52,856 nt of DNA, from contig JBCBJQ010000032.1 in assembly GCA_038523235.1 (NCBI GenBank), positions 1 through 52,856 on the forward strand. The letters are read 5' to 3'. This document shows positions 9,201 through 22,493 of this stretch, piece by piece (positions within the stretch are counted from its first letter, which is position 1; every line of letters starts with the position of its first letter). Source of the DNA: Cyanobacteria bacterium J06626_4. GTDB taxonomy: Bacteria; Cyanobacteriota; Cyanobacteriia; Phormidesmidales; Phormidesmidaceae. The notes beneath the pieces are model-generated. The model was given only the letters and a program-made list of their open reading frames with translations. It made no database searches and was not told the DNA's origin. A program made the position numbers and the translations under genes.

Positions 9201-11237
9201 ATGCTGCGAAAGTATTACAGCCGAATTCGCTGGGGTGTACTCACGGTACTGACAGCCTTTCTCGTGGTGCAGCTGTCACCCTACGCCGCACTGGCCCACG
9301 ATCGCCCCGCCGCAATCGCCCACCCATCTATCCTGGCAGCGGCCACGACCAGGGACGCGATCGCCTCGTTCCCCAACGATATTCGCCTGGCTCAATTGCA
9401 AAACTTGCCGGGGGGCAGTATTTCGCTTCCGGGTTTTGAGGTGACCGCAGATACCTTCTCGTTTTCTAACTCAGAATTGGTGGGCGCGATTGATCTGCAG
9501 CGCGATGCCGCCGCTTGGGAAGAAGTGCTGACCGAGCAGCTAGAGCAAGTATTTGGCACCCAGGTTTGCATCGGCTCAGAGATTAGTGCCTGCGTGCTCA
9601 CCTCAGCCGCTAAAGATTGGCTCGAAAGTCAGCTAGCTCGCATCGATTTGGGGATTGGCGAAGGCATGGCAGCGGCGGCGCTTTCCCTCTGGCAGCAAAA
9701 CCCACCGGAACAGATTCCCTGGTGGCAGCAGCTGGTCAACTTTTTGCTGGGGCGCGTCGTCTTTGAGTTGGCGCGATCGCTCTTTGAGCTGCAAACCTAT
9801 ATTGCCAATCTGTTTTTGATGCAGGGCGTGACGGAGGTCTTTCAGGCCACGCAAGACATTCGTGAGAGTGCCAGCCCGACGGATATTTTGCTCACCGTGT
9901 TAGATATCTTTGTCACCGGCTCGTTGAATCCCTTCACGATGGGCATCTATCGCGTGGTTGAAGGCATCCTCACCGAGGGCTACAGCCTGACGCCCTACCA
10001 GATTGAAGACAAAGGCGACGGCAAATATTGGGTGTACGTCTACGACAGCAACTATCCTGCCGAGCGATCGGCTACGTCCCCCGCTCGGCATGTCGAGTTT
10101 GACACCCTAGCCGATACTTGGCGCTATCAGCCGACGCCAGACGTGGTCCCCTTTGTCGGCGATGCTCAGAGCAAAAATATCGACCTGACCCAGCTCTCTT
10201 GGCGACAGGTCGAGACCGTCGAGGAGCCGCTTTATAAAGGGCCGTTTACCTGTCCGTTTTGTCGGGTTGATGCCACTGCCGACACCGCCGAGCCTACGGT
10301 TGATATCACCTTAATTGGCGAAGGACAGCTCACTGTCACCTCTACCCAGGACGATCGCCCGCTTGAAATTACCGCGTCAGCACCAGCGGCATTGGTGCCC
10401 TTTAAGGGTGGCCTCAACCGTGACGTGCCCGCCAGCTATCACCTGCCCGCTACAGCGCTGGATCAACCGTTCAAAGTGACGCTGGCGGGGCGGGGTGAGC
10501 AAGCCGCTCCGGCGACGCTGCAGGTCACTGGCCCTGGCTACACGGCTGATGTGGCGAACATTCCCCTGACGCCGGACGAAGCGTTGACCCTGTATGTGAC
10601 GCCCAACCGCACCGGGCCAGAACTCACCTTTGTCACTAACCAGGCGGTCGAAATTCCCCAGCTTTCCATTCATCTCAGCGATGACAGCAGCGCCTACGAA
10701 TTTGGCTCTTCCACCCCTGATTACTTTGCGCTCACGGAGCGCACCGTAGCCAAAAGCTCCGGCTTTGAACTCAGCGATCTGAAGCTGCCCGCGGGTCAGC
10801 GGGTCGCCATGGCGGTCAAAGGAGACGCCAAACGACTCTATTTTGGGGATGACGACGGGGCCAATACAGACTATGGCCTGACGGTGAAAAATCGTATTGT
10901 CATTCGCGATCGCGTGCAGATCGGCGAACGACAGCCTGACTTTGTCAACTACACGCTCACGTATGAAGAAGACCTCAAGTCTCCGGCGATTCAGGTCACG
11001 AAGAACACCCAAGCCTATTTCGACTACGATCCCACCTTTCTTGACCCGGCAGACCAAACTCGTGATGAGCTGTTGACGAGCTTTGAGCAGCGGGATTTTC
11101 CCATCGCGATCGGCTATGAACCTTTGGTGGCAACGGCGGAACGCGACGGCCCACTCAAACTCATTCCCAGTGAAGCCCCGCCGATTGCCGAGCGGGTATT
11201 TCAGGGCGCGTTACGCAAGTCTGGCGAGAAGTTTTAG
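9201..11237 (+). CDS. Large exported hypothetical protein (possible degenerate papain-like domain plus beta-rich C-terminus)
   Basis: 678-aa ORF with host-like codon usage, a Sec-type signal peptide, and the motifs FGTQVC, EGMA, LTPYQIED, VYVYDSNYP and CPFC. Confidence 0.75.
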   Translation: MLRKYYSRIRWGVLTVLTAFLVVQLSPYAALAHDRPAAIAHPSILAAATTRDAIASFPNDIRLAQLQNLPGGSISLPGFEVTADTFSFSNSELVGAIDLQRDAAAWEEVLTEQLEQVFGTQVCIGSEISACVLTSAAKDWLESQLARIDLGIGEGMAAAALSLWQQNPPEQIPWWQQLVNFLLGRVVFELARSLFELQTYIANLFLMQGVTEVFQATQDIRESASPTDILLTVLDIFVTGSLNPFTMGIYRVVEGILTEGYSLTPYQIEDKGDGKYWVYVYDSNYPAERSATSPARHVEFDTLADTWRYQPTPDVVPFVGDAQSKNIDLTQLSWRQVETVEEPLYKGPFTCPFCRVDATADTAEPTVDITLIGEGQLTVTSTQDDRPLEITASAPAALVPFKGGLNRDVPASYHLPATALDQPFKVTLAGRGEQAAPATLQVTGPGYTADVANIPLTPDEALTLYVTPNRTGPELTFVTNQAVEIPQLSIHLSDDSSAYEFGSSTPDYFALTERTVAKSSGFELSDLKLPAGQRVAMAVKGDAKRLYFGDDDGANTDYGLTVKNRIVIRDRVQIGERQPDFVNYTLTYEEDLKSPAIQVTKNTQAYFDYDPTFLDPADQTRDELLTSFEQRDFPIAIGYEPLVATAERDGPLKLIPSEAPPIAERVFQGALRKSGEKF

Positions 11238-11259
11238 GGCCCTCGCGCGAATTGACTTA

Positions 11260-11439
11260 GTGCAGCGTCAATTAAGTTTCTGGCCGTTAGTGACGGAGGC
11301 TTGATCCCCCCAACCCCTCTGGAAAAGGGGGGCAGCTCAATCCTGGATGTGAATAGCCCCCTTTTTTAAGGGGGCGGCGACAGCGGGGGATCAAGCGACT
11401 ATCGCAGCGATACGGCAAGAAACTTAGTTTCCAGAGTCC
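11260..11439. mobile_element. MITE-like element bounded by CTTAG/TTA, with internal C-run/G-run palindromic repeats
   Basis: TTA at 11257-59 and 11440-42. Sub-terminal inverted repeat TAAGTTTCTGGCCGT (11273-87) / ACGGCAAGAAACTTA (11412-26), 14/15 match. Internal CCCCCCAACCCCTCTGGAAAAGGGGGGC and CCCCCTTTTTTAAGGGGG. Confidence 0.6.
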
Positions 11440-11494
11440 TTAGGGAGTTGCTCAATTGCCAAACCCTGACCGAAACTGGTGCCGATGATCCATC

Positions 11495-12859
11495 TCATCT
11501 GCCGTCTGGCGAAGCCAGTCCCAGAGCAGACTCACTGTGAGGATCAAAGAGGTGAATTTTCTCAGGATCGATCGCCAGCCAGAGCTGTTCCTCGATCGCA
11601 AACGGGCGATCGGGGTTGACCCGTACCTGCAGCAGGTCTTGGTCAAATTGCACGGCAAGATAGGTTTCGCTGCCGAGGGCTTCTACCCGGCGGACGGTCA
11701 CGGGCAAATTCTCAGGAGCGGGAGTACTCAGGCTGAAATGTTCCGGTCGAATCCCCAGCATCACGGGCTGACCGTCGTAGGACTTCATCGTTTGTGCCCA
11801 GGCGGCGGGCAGCGTCAGGTGAAACTGGGCATGGCTCAGACGCAGCGGCGCACTCACCTGCACCGACAAAAAGTTCATTGGCGGCGAACCAATGAAGGCG
11901 GCCACAAAGCGATTGGCGGGATGTCGATACAGCTCTAACGGCGTGGCGACCTGTTGAATTTGCCCCTGGTTCATCACGGCAATGCGATCACCCATCGTCA
12001 TTGCTTCAATCTGATCGTGGGTGACGTAGATGGTTGTGATGCCGAGCTGATGCTGCAAATTGACGATTTGAGCGCGAGTTTCGGTGCGCAGCTTGGCGTC
12101 CAGGTTCGACAGCGGCTCATCCATCAAAAAGACCTGGGGATTGCGGGCGATCGCCCGACCCAGCGCCACGCGCTGCTTTTGCCCGCCCGAAAGCTGGCGC
12201 GGCAGCCGGTTGAGGAGCGCGTCGATTTGCAGCATTTGCGCCACCGTTCTGACCCGCTGATCGATCATCTGGTCGGCGGGTGAGAGATAGCGCAATCCCT
12301 TAGGTAAGCGACGCGTGGCTCCCGACAGCAGGGTTTGCCAGGGCGATCGCTGGGCTAGGGCCGCCTGCAGCTGGTGATTCGCTTCATCGGCGGCGGAGAG
12401 GGGGGCGGTCTGTCCCAAGGCGTCCTTTAACCCCGAGTTTGTGGACTCGTACGCATCTTCTGAGGCAGCGGCTGAGGACGCTAAAAATTCTGCGCTGGCG
12501 CCCATCCGCCGTAGGCCAAACGCCAGATTGTCGTAAACCGTTAGGTGCGGATACAGCGCATAGCTCTGGAAGACCATCGCAATATCGCGCTGCTTCGGCG
12601 GCAAGGTATTGACCTGCTGCTGGCCCACCCAAATATTCCCGGCGGTAATTTCTTCTAGCCCTGAGATCAAGCGCAGCAGGGTACTTTTACCACAGCCCGA
12701 GGGGCCGACCAGCACCATAAACTCGCCATCCTGGATGGTTAGGTCAATCCGTCGCAGCACGGTCGTTTCAGTGGACTCAGTGGCTGCCGCGTCGGGAGAC
12801 GGTTTGCCTGCGGCACCGGCGAAGGTTTTATACAAATTTTCTAGAACAACCTGCGCCAC
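11495..12859 (-). CDS. Sugar ABC transporter ATP-binding protein with cyanobacterial insertion (GlsC-like)
   Basis: [25 protein letters not shown] and an insert of about 70 aa after [10 protein letters not shown]. Likely GTG start at 12859 (VAQVVLENL). Confidence 0.9.
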   Translation of the reverse strand: MAQVVLENLYKTFAGAAGKPSPDAAATESTETTVLRRIDLTIQDGEFMVLVGPSGCGKSTLLRLISGLEEITAGNIWVGQQQVNTLPPKQRDIAMVFQSYALYPHLTVYDNLAFGLRRMGASAEFLASSAAASEDAYESTNSGLKDALGQTAPLSAADEANHQLQAALAQRSPWQTLLSGATRRLPKGLRYLSPADQMIDQRVRTVAQMLQIDALLNRLPRQLSGGQKQRVALGRAIARNPQVFLMDEPLSNLDAKLRTETRAQIVNLQHQLGITTIYVTHDQIEAMTMGDRIAVMNQGQIQQVATPLELYRHPANRFVAAFIGSPPMNFLSVQVSAPLRLSHAQFHLTLPAAWAQTMKSYDGQPVMLGIRPEHFSLSTPAPENLPVTVRRVEALGSETYLAVQFDQDLLQVRVNPDRPFAIEEQLWLAIDPEKIHLFDPHSESALGLASPDGR

Positions 12860-12869
12860 AGCTGGGTTT

Positions 12870-15416
12870 CTACTCCTCAGAATCATCCTCGGCGCTGCCG
12901 CCGTTGGCTTCATTATCAACCAAGGTGGTCAGCGTCACGGTGGCGATTCTTTCACCTTTGGCCAACTTGTGGAGCCGATAGCCCGTTAACGTATCTCGAC
13001 CTTGACGCGGCACGTCACCGACGGGAATTTGCGCACTGCGAGACTCAGTGGTCACCACGGTCATCTCTCCCTGCAGAGGACTCGGCACCACCGCCACTAG
13101 ATTGTCGGTCTTTTGCTTAAACAAAAATGCCTGGGTGCCAATGCCACCCCGCGCCCCAAGATGAATGCCCCTAATCGGTAGGCGCTTAGCAAAGCCTGCT
13201 GCTGACACCAGCAGCACACAATCGCCCTCGTCTTGAATCCGCACGCAGCCAACGATTTGTTCTTGTTTACGGAGCCGTAGAGCTTGGGGACCTTGGGCGG
13301 TGCGACCCATGACGGGCAGGTTATCGTCATCGATCGCAAACCGAATTAGGCGGCCCCCCGAAGTGGCGATCGCCAGTTCTTCGTCAGCTTTGGCCAGCGT
13401 GATAAAGGCCAGCTCATCGTCTTTTTTTAGCTTCACGGCGGTGAGGCCCCGCCCGGTCAGGTTTTGAAACTCTGACAGCGGCACCCGCTTGATCCGGCCC
13501 TGCCGAGTCAGCATGATCAGGTCGTGGGTCAGGGTCGCTTCGGTGAGCACCAGCTGTGTTGCGATCGCGTCCGGTTCATTCCCCACTGAGTCGGGCAGCA
13601 AGCCGACCAGCGGCACGCCCTTGGCTTGCCGATTCACTTGGGGAATGTCGCCTACCGTCAGGGTAAAGGCCTTGCCGTCGCGCGTCAGCACCAGCAGCTC
13701 CTGCGCGGTGATGGCCGGGGCCACCTGCAGCGTCAGTTCCTCCGCCTCCTGCAGTTCGCGGGTATTGGCCTGTGCCTGTCGGGCTTGGCGGCGCTGATAG
13801 GCGCGGGGCGAAAACCGCCGCACGTAGCCTTTTTGGGTGAATTCGAGGACGACCTCTTCTTCCTGATGCTCGGCCAAAATTTCAGCGAGCTGCTCCGTTT
13901 CCTCCTGGCGTTCGGCCTCACTTTGAATGCGGGTACGGCGCGGGTCACTGAACTTTTTCTTCAGCGATCGCAGCTCTTTTTTCAGCATTTTTAACAGTTC
14001 TCGGCGATCGCTCAGCAGCCGCTGCAGTTCATCGCGATGGGCCGTCAGTTCGCTATATTCATCCTGCAGATTTTGGCGCTCTAGCCCGGTGAGGCGGCGT
14101 AGCGGCATCGCTAAAACCTTATCGGATTGCCGATCATCCAGGCCAAAGGCGGCCTGCAGCGATACCTTAGCGGTGGTGCCATCGGGGGCATGACGCAGAA
14201 TCTCAATCAGCTGATCGAGATTTTCTAGCGCCCGAATTAAGCCGTCGACGATGTGTAGCCGGGCTTCGGTTTTTTCCAGGTCATAGCGATATTGCCGGGT
14301 GAGCGTTTCTTCACGGAAATCTAAAAATGCCTGCAGAATCTCCCGCAGGGGCAGCTGGCGCGGCTGACCGTCGTTCAGGGCCAGCATGATCGCGCCAAAG
14401 TTATTTTGCAGTGGGGTCTGGCGATAGAGAGCGTTGAGCACGACTTCGGGCTGGGCTTCTCGCTTGAGTTCGATCACGACGCGCATGCCCTCGCGATCGC
14501 TCTCGTCGCGAATGTCGGCAATGCCATCCAGCTTGTTGTTATTGACCAGATCGGCGATCTTTTCAATCCACCCGGCTTTGTTGACCTGATAGGGCAGCTC
14601 CGTCACGATAATCGCCGTGCGTCGCTGCCGCCCGCGACCAGGCCGCACTTCTTCGAGCTGCGTGATGCCCCGCACAGGGATGCTGCCCCGGCCCGTGCGG
14701 TAAGCATCGGCAATGCCCTTGCGGTCAATGATCTGCCCGCCAGTGGGAAAGTCCGGGCCGGGGATCAGCTCAAACAGGCTCTCATCCGACAGGGTGGGGC
14801 GATCGATCAGGGCAATCAGGCCATCCACGACCTCGCTCAAGTTGTGGGGCGGAATGTTGGTGGCCATGCCCACTGCAATGCCCGAGGAACCGTTGAGCAA
14901 CAGCACCGGCAGCTGGGCGGGCAGCACAATCGGCTCTTGCTGCGAGTTGTCAAAGTTGTCGATAAAGTCAACGGTGGCTTCGCCGATTTCGTCGAGCAGG
15001 GCTTCATAGCTGACCGGGCTCAGGCGCGTCTCGGTGTAGCGCATGGCCGCTGGGGGGTCATTATCGACCGAGCCAAAGTTGCCGTGCCCCGCCAGCAGCG
15101 GATACCGGCTGGAAAAGTCTTGCACCATGCGCACCAGGGCGTCATACACTGCCTGGTCGCCGTGGGGGTGATATTTACCCAACACATCGCCCACGACGCG
15201 GGCACATTTACGGAAGGGGCGATCAGGGCTTAAACCCAACTCATACATGGCGTACAGAATCCGCCGGTGCACGGGTTTGAGCCCATCACGCACATCGGGG
15301 AGCGCCCGCCCGACGATCACACTCATGGCATATTCCAGATAAGACCGCTGCACCTCTGTATGTAGAGGGGTTGGCACGATCTGACCGGATGAAAGCATAT
15401 TGAGTTGATCCGCCAT
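12870..15416 (-). CDS. gyrA: DNA gyrase/topoisomerase IV subunit A (second cyanobacterial GyrA/ParC-like paralog)
   Basis: [21 protein letters not shown], catalytic AAMRYTE and a beta-pinwheel C-terminal domain. The canonical GyrA-box is not evident. Confidence 0.93.
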   Translation of the reverse strand: MADQLNMLSSGQIVPTPLHTEVQRSYLEYAMSVIVGRALPDVRDGLKPVHRRILYAMYELGLSPDRPFRKCARVVGDVLGKYHPHGDQAVYDALVRMVQDFSSRYPLLAGHGNFGSVDNDPPAAMRYTETRLSPVSYEALLDEIGEATVDFIDNFDNSQQEPIVLPAQLPVLLLNGSSGIAVGMATNIPPHNLSEVVDGLIALIDRPTLSDESLFELIPGPDFPTGGQIIDRKGIADAYRTGRGSIPVRGITQLEEVRPGRGRQRRTAIIVTELPYQVNKAGWIEKIADLVNNNKLDGIADIRDESDREGMRVVIELKREAQPEVVLNALYRQTPLQNNFGAIMLALNDGQPRQLPLREILQAFLDFREETLTRQYRYDLEKTEARLHIVDGLIRALENLDQLIEILRHAPDGTTAKVSLQAAFGLDDRQSDKVLAMPLRRLTGLERQNLQDEYSELTAHRDELQRLLSDRRELLKMLKKELRSLKKKFSDPRRTRIQSEAERQEETEQLAEILAEHQEEEVVLEFTQKGYVRRFSPRAYQRRQARQAQANTRELQEAEELTLQVAPAITAQELLVLTRDGKAFTLTVGDIPQVNRQAKGVPLVGLLPDSVGNEPDAIATQLVLTEATLTHDLIMLTRQGRIKRVPLSEFQNLTGRGLTAVKLKKDDELAFITLAKADEELAIATSGGRLIRFAIDDDNLPVMGRTAQGPQALRLRKQEQIVGCVRIQDEGDCVLLVSAAGFAKRLPIRGIHLGARGGIGTQAFLFKQKTDNLVAVVPSPLQGEMTVVTTESRSAQIPVGDVPRQGRDTLTGYRLHKLAKGERIATVTLTTLVDNEANGGSAEDDSEE

Positions 15417-15635
15417 GAATCCCTGTCCTCTGAAATTGGGAATTAATAAAGAAGCCCGGCTGTATTCTGCCCAATAAAGCGGGTTTTAACAATGCTGTAA
15501 GGTATACGCAAAAGTCAGTTAATAGCAATAACCTATAGCTACGATTAATTAAGGGAACCGATGGAATACGGGCCATAATGTGCAATGTATCAAGGTTTGC
15601 TCCCTACCGAGGCTTCCGTCGTTTAAGGAAACACC

Positions 15636-16034
15636 ATGAAGACCGTTCTCATCGTTGAAGATGACATGATCAATGCCCGCGTCTTTTCGAAGATTCTTTC
15701 GAAGCGGGGAGGGTTTACCGTCAAGCACACGGAAGATGTGGATGAGGTCATGACGATCGCCCGAGATCGCCAAGCCGATGTCATTTTGATGGATGTCTCC
15801 TTGGCCCATAGCCTGTTTGAAGGCAAACCTGTCGACGGGATCAAAATCACCCAAATGCTCAAGGCTGACCCCATCACCGCCGATCTCCCCGTCATCTTGG
15901 TCACCGCCCACGCCATGCAGGGCGATCGCGAAAGTTTTTTAGAACAGAGTGGCGCTGACGGCTACATCAGCAAACCGGTGATTGATCATCAAAAGTTTGT
16001 AGATGATATTGCCGCCCTGATGCCGAAATCATAG
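15636..16034 (+). CDS. Single-domain response regulator (DivK-like)
   Basis: LIVEDD, ILMDVSL, VTAHAMQGD and YISKP. Confidence 0.92.
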   Translation: MKTVLIVEDDMINARVFSKILSKRGGFTVKHTEDVDEVMTIARDRQADVILMDVSLAHSLFEGKPVDGIKITQMLKADPITADLPVILVTAHAMQGDRESFLEQSGADGYISKPVIDHQKFVDDIAALMPKS

Positions 16035-16148
16035 CAGAACGCTTGTACTTGTCTGCGATGATTCTGTGAAACTGTAGCGGCTGGGCACATCTACCCGAGC
16101 TTATATTGGCTCCTGTTCCTCTCTACACGGTTCAGCCGTTCGCTTAAG

Positions 16149-16898
16149 ATGCAACTTCACCTCTCGACCTGGCCGGAAATCGAAGCTTATTTGCAAACCT
16201 CACGGGGCATCATCTTGCCCATTGGGTCGACTGAGCAGCACGGCCCTACGGGGCTAATTGGTACCGACGCGATTTGTGCCGAAACGATTGCGCGCGGGGT
16301 CGGCGAAGCCACGGGGGGCGTGGTGGGGCCGACGATCAACGTTGGCATGGCCTTGCACCATACAGCCTTCCCCGGCAGCATCAGTCTTCGCCCGAGTACG
16401 TTGATTGCGCTGATTCAAGACTATGTCAAACCGCTGGCCAAGTCTGGGTTTGAGCGGTTCTTCTTTATCAATGGTCATGGTGGCAATGTGGCTACCCTCA
16501 AAGCCGCTTTTGCTGAAACTTACGCCCTCCTGGCCGATCTCGATTTCGAGCATGCGTCGCGCGTGCGTTGCAAGGTAGCGAACTGGTATATGTGCCGCTC
16601 GGTTTACGCGATCGCTAAGGAGCTGTACGGCAATCAAGAGGGCTCTCACGCCACCCCAAGCGAAGTGGCTCTGACTCAGTTTGCCTATCCTAATGACATT
16701 AAACAGGCCGCACTCAATCCGGCGATCGCGCCCTCGGGGTACCCCATTTACAGCGCGGCTGATTTTCGGACGCACTATCCCGACGGGCGCATGGGTTCCA
16801 ACCCAGCCCTCGCCACACCTGAACATGGCCAGCGCCTGTATGACGCGGCGGTCAAGGATCTCAGTAGCGACTACTTGCAGTTCCTCGCTGCCGAATAG
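16149..16898 (+). CDS. Creatininase family protein
   Basis: PIGSTEQHGP, GTD, NGHGGN and HATPSE motifs. Confidence 0.92.
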   Translation: MQLHLSTWPEIEAYLQTSRGIILPIGSTEQHGPTGLIGTDAICAETIARGVGEATGGVVGPTINVGMALHHTAFPGSISLRPSTLIALIQDYVKPLAKSGFERFFFINGHGGNVATLKAAFAETYALLADLDFEHASRVRCKVANWYMCRSVYAIAKELYGNQEGSHATPSEVALTQFAYPNDIKQAALNPAIAPSGYPIYSAADFRTHYPDGRMGSNPALATPEHGQRLYDAAVKDLSSDYLQFLAAE

Positions 16899-16946
16899 GT
16901 GGGGACAAAGGGGGGGGATTGCGCGGGGCGGCTAGCCAGCAGCTGT

Positions 16947-19401
<2,455 letters not shown>

Positions 19402-19522
19402 ACTTTATCTATTCATAACGCCCGTCTCATCATGCCTGACTTTGATCAGGGGGGCGGCAGCTAGAGATAGGAACAATACAGATAACCAACACCGTGAAAG
19501 GTTAATGTCTTGATCCATTATT

Positions 19523-20533
19523 TCAGTCTTCAAACTTGAAGAAATCGACCCTGACTAAGTCTGGAACTGAATGTACTTCGCGATCAGAAAAAGGAATTTG
19601 CCAGATGAAACCAGGATTTTTGACTGTGTACTGATGGCCCAGCTCTGGCCACTGTCTCCCAAGTAAATATGCAACTCCAATATCCGGATCATAGGCATCT
19701 AATTCACACATGGATTGGCTGGTGAATTGTGATACACTCTCTATCTCTTCGGCAGTAATTTGCCGATGACTTGACCAAAAGCAAACTGTTTGATTTTCTG
19801 CTGCGGGATCGATATCAGAATTCGGAGATAAAATATATTTCTGAACTGGGAAGTTATACGAATTTGGGCAATCCTCTATTAAACCTCCTGTTCCGTAGAA
19901 GTATTCAGAAATCTCTCCATATTCGAACACTTTATAGGCCTTGATCCCCCCTGTATCGCTTATAGTTAGGCTGATCGCAGGCTGCCCGAGTGCCTTTGAT
20001 AGTTGACCAGCTGATAGTTGACCAGCCTTTGGGATTTCACCGGTGCCACTAACGCTGGTGTAGTTGAGCGACTCCCAGAAAAAGATAGACCAGTCATGAC
20101 CCACAAGCTGGTAGGCGAAGCCAAAAAGATTAGGGATTTCAATCTCAGAGCCCATTACATCGCTTTGAGTTTCCATTGCATTCTCAGCGATGACGGCAGA
20201 TAGTGGATTAAGCGGCGATCGCACTAAAGTAATGGTGCTGTTGCGATCGCTGTAGTTAATTCCCCGGCGTTCAGCCCAAGGCTGATTTAAACCTGCTTCA
20301 ACTTCTCTCTGGTACGCTTCAATATCGACACCGCGATCGCTTAAATACGGTTCTGGATTTGGCAGTAGTGCCTCTGGGTTATTGGTAAGTGCTTCTCGAA
20401 CAATTCTGCCAACTTCTTCGCGCATATTGCTATCCTCTGAGCCAATACATTCAACAAATAAGGCACCTTGAGCGGTACTGCAACCAGTCCCTAAAATGGC
20501 GAGTGCGCTGATCCAAAAGAGCGGCTTTTTCAT
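19523..20533 (-). CDS. Hypothetical lipoprotein, AT-rich
   Basis: MKKPLFWISALAILGTGC lipobox-type N-terminus. Visibly lower GC than its neighbours. Confidence 0.7.
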   Translation of the reverse strand: MKKPLFWISALAILGTGCSTAQGALFVECIGSEDSNMREEVGRIVREALTNNPEALLPNPEPYLSDRGVDIEAYQREVEAGLNQPWAERRGINYSDRNSTITLVRSPLNPLSAVIAENAMETQSDVMGSEIEIPNLFGFAYQLVGHDWSIFFWESLNYTSVSGTGEIPKAGQLSAGQLSKALGQPAISLTISDTGGIKAYKVFEYGEISEYFYGTGGLIEDCPNSYNFPVQKYILSPNSDIDPAAENQTVCFWSSHRQITAEEIESVSQFTSQSMCELDAYDPDIGVAYLLGRQWPELGHQYTVKNPGFIWQIPFSDREVHSVPDLVRVDFFKFED

Positions 20534-20671
20534 GCGATGAGTCTTTGAAGAAACCATCAGATGATGATTGAGTTTGGTGCCACTATCAGCTAACAGCTTC
20601 AGCAAAGTCAAGTTCAAAGTCAACCTTTTCAGTCATGCCGGTATAACTTGCGTGAGTGTCGTTATAGATGC

Positions 20672-21250
20672 TTAGGAGATGGGGGGGCGATCGCCCCATT
20701 CCAGAATTCGGTGGGCAGTCCGCAAGATCTGCCCCGCTAGCATCGCTGTCTCCAACTCATTGTCGATATTTACCACGCCGATGCCGTGGTACAGGAATTG
20801 AACATGGTCAGCAGTGCTGATACGCCGCCAATTGTGGCTCCATAGCCCACGCTGGTGGGTACCGCCATAATTGGACCGTCTGAAAAGCCCACCACCACCC
20901 TGGGTAATGCCCCTTCCATCCCCGTCACCACAACGTAAGACATCGGCTTGGTCGACCACTGCCCGATGGCGGATGAGGCGATGAATGCCCGCGACGCCGA
21001 CATCCCAAAGCTGCAATACTTGAAATCTGGACAGCTCAGCCGTCACCGCCGCTTCTTCGGCCACAGGCAAATCAGTCGTATCCGCCGTCAAAACACCCAT
21101 TAGACCAGGATCTTGGGTGCGTAAGTTTATCGACACCAGGGCACCAATGCACGCGAGGCCAAAATACCTCGCCTTCGGCAAAGCCGCGCGAATCTGCTGG
21201 GCGACCTCCGATTTGATCAGCGCCGAGTCATGACCCGATTAGGGTTCTGC
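20672..21250 (-). pseudogene. larB: LarB/CpmA (nickel-pincer cofactor biosynthesis / circadian phase modifier) pseudogene
   Basis: [39 protein letters not shown] and VVNIDN are split over different frames (shifts near 20937 and 20787). The N-terminus is missing. Confidence 0.85.
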
Positions 21251-21509
21251 GCTTAAACAATATGCCTAAGACAGACAATTTTTTGTAGGGGATTTCATTG
21301 TGAAACCTCTGCGATCTGAGAGGCTGATTTTTGAGCAACTGCCTCAGCTGATCACGGCAGAGCCACAACAAAGCTGTGAAAGATGGCAGTAACTCTAAAT
21401 TCAGTAGACTGCCAGTCTTGTCGCACATAATTTGTGGCCTCTACCCCTCTTGTTCGGGAAGCTATGAGATTCATCATGACGTCTGGGCGGCACCTGGAGA
21501 CTGACCTGA

Positions 21510-21947
21510 CTATTCCGGTTGGGCGTATTGCTCAATGAGCGGACGCAGCCTCTCCAGGTTGTATCCCTGCTGCGCCGTCAGGCTCAGCAGATCGGCTAGC
21601 GAGGTGGTCGGTTGTCGAGCCGTGGCGATCGCCCACAAAATGCAGCTACGGGTACCCGATTTGCAGTGAGCCAGCACAGGGCCAGGATTTTCCGTTAGCG
21701 CGGTCTCAAACTGGGCAATGGTGGCGGCAGTGAGGTCCGACATGGTGACCGGGACATGGACATAATTAAGGCCATTCTGCTCGGCCAGCTGTCGAGCTGC
21801 CGCTGCCGTGAGCTGGCCCGCTTCTTCGCCATCGGGGCGGTTATTGATGATGGTTTTATACCCAGCGGCGGCAAGATTAGGAAAGTCTGCAGCCGTAATC
21901 TGAGTCGAAACTGCAAATTCGGGAGTTAAGGGTGTTGGCACAGCCAT
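21510..21947 (-). CDS. TIGR01244/DUF442 sulfurtransferase-like (Blh-type) protein
   Basis: IINNRPDGEE and PVLAHCKSGTRS. Confidence 0.88.
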   Translation of the reverse strand: MAVPTPLTPEFAVSTQITAADFPNLAAAGYKTIINNRPDGEEAGQLTAAAARQLAEQNGLNYVHVPVTMSDLTAATIAQFETALTENPGPVLAHCKSGTRSCILWAIATARQPTTSLADLLSLTAQQGYNLERLRPLIEQYAQPE

Positions 21948-22493
21948 AGCGGAGATTCTGTCAGGCGATTTGCGACTAAGGGCCATTTTAGGGGATTGCG
22001 ATCGCCGTTAGTTCGGCGGCATCTTGCCCGCTCAAATTAATCCGTCGGTACAGTGCGGCTCCCAACTGGTGAGTGAGGAATCTCAGCCTCTGCGGCCATG
22101 ATGACAAAGTCGTTGCCCGTGGGCGAGATGATGCGGTCAACAGCCGGAATCAGGCCGAAACGGAGTACCGCCGCCGATACGGTCACGATCGCTAAGGCCG
22201 TCAACCGATGCATCACCCTGGTCCCCCCTATCGTCATCGCTAATGGTTGATCTGGATAATGGCCGGTTTCGCTGAAAAACACCTGAGAACAAGCTAAGGA
22301 TAGCGCCAGTAATCAGCCCCTGGCCCCTGCAAAGCTTATCGTCGAGATCGTGGACTGATGAACGAGCCGCTCAGCGGCAATTGTCAGCATCACAGTGATG
22401 CTGATTTGCTAAGAAGGCAAATGTGACGGCGTTGTTCCCGGCGGGGCCGGTCGTTTCAAAATGTCTTGAGCAAAGTTTCTCTGCTGCTGTGTT

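Noticed and set aside
14406..15233. Long antisense ORFs opposite gyrA, infB and the ABC genes
   Set aside because: Typical shadow ORFs of GC-rich conserved genes.
22037..22380. Possible small membrane-protein gene or remnant
   Set aside because: Short hydrophobic stretches occur in different frames, with no convincing start or family motif, so I cannot support a call.
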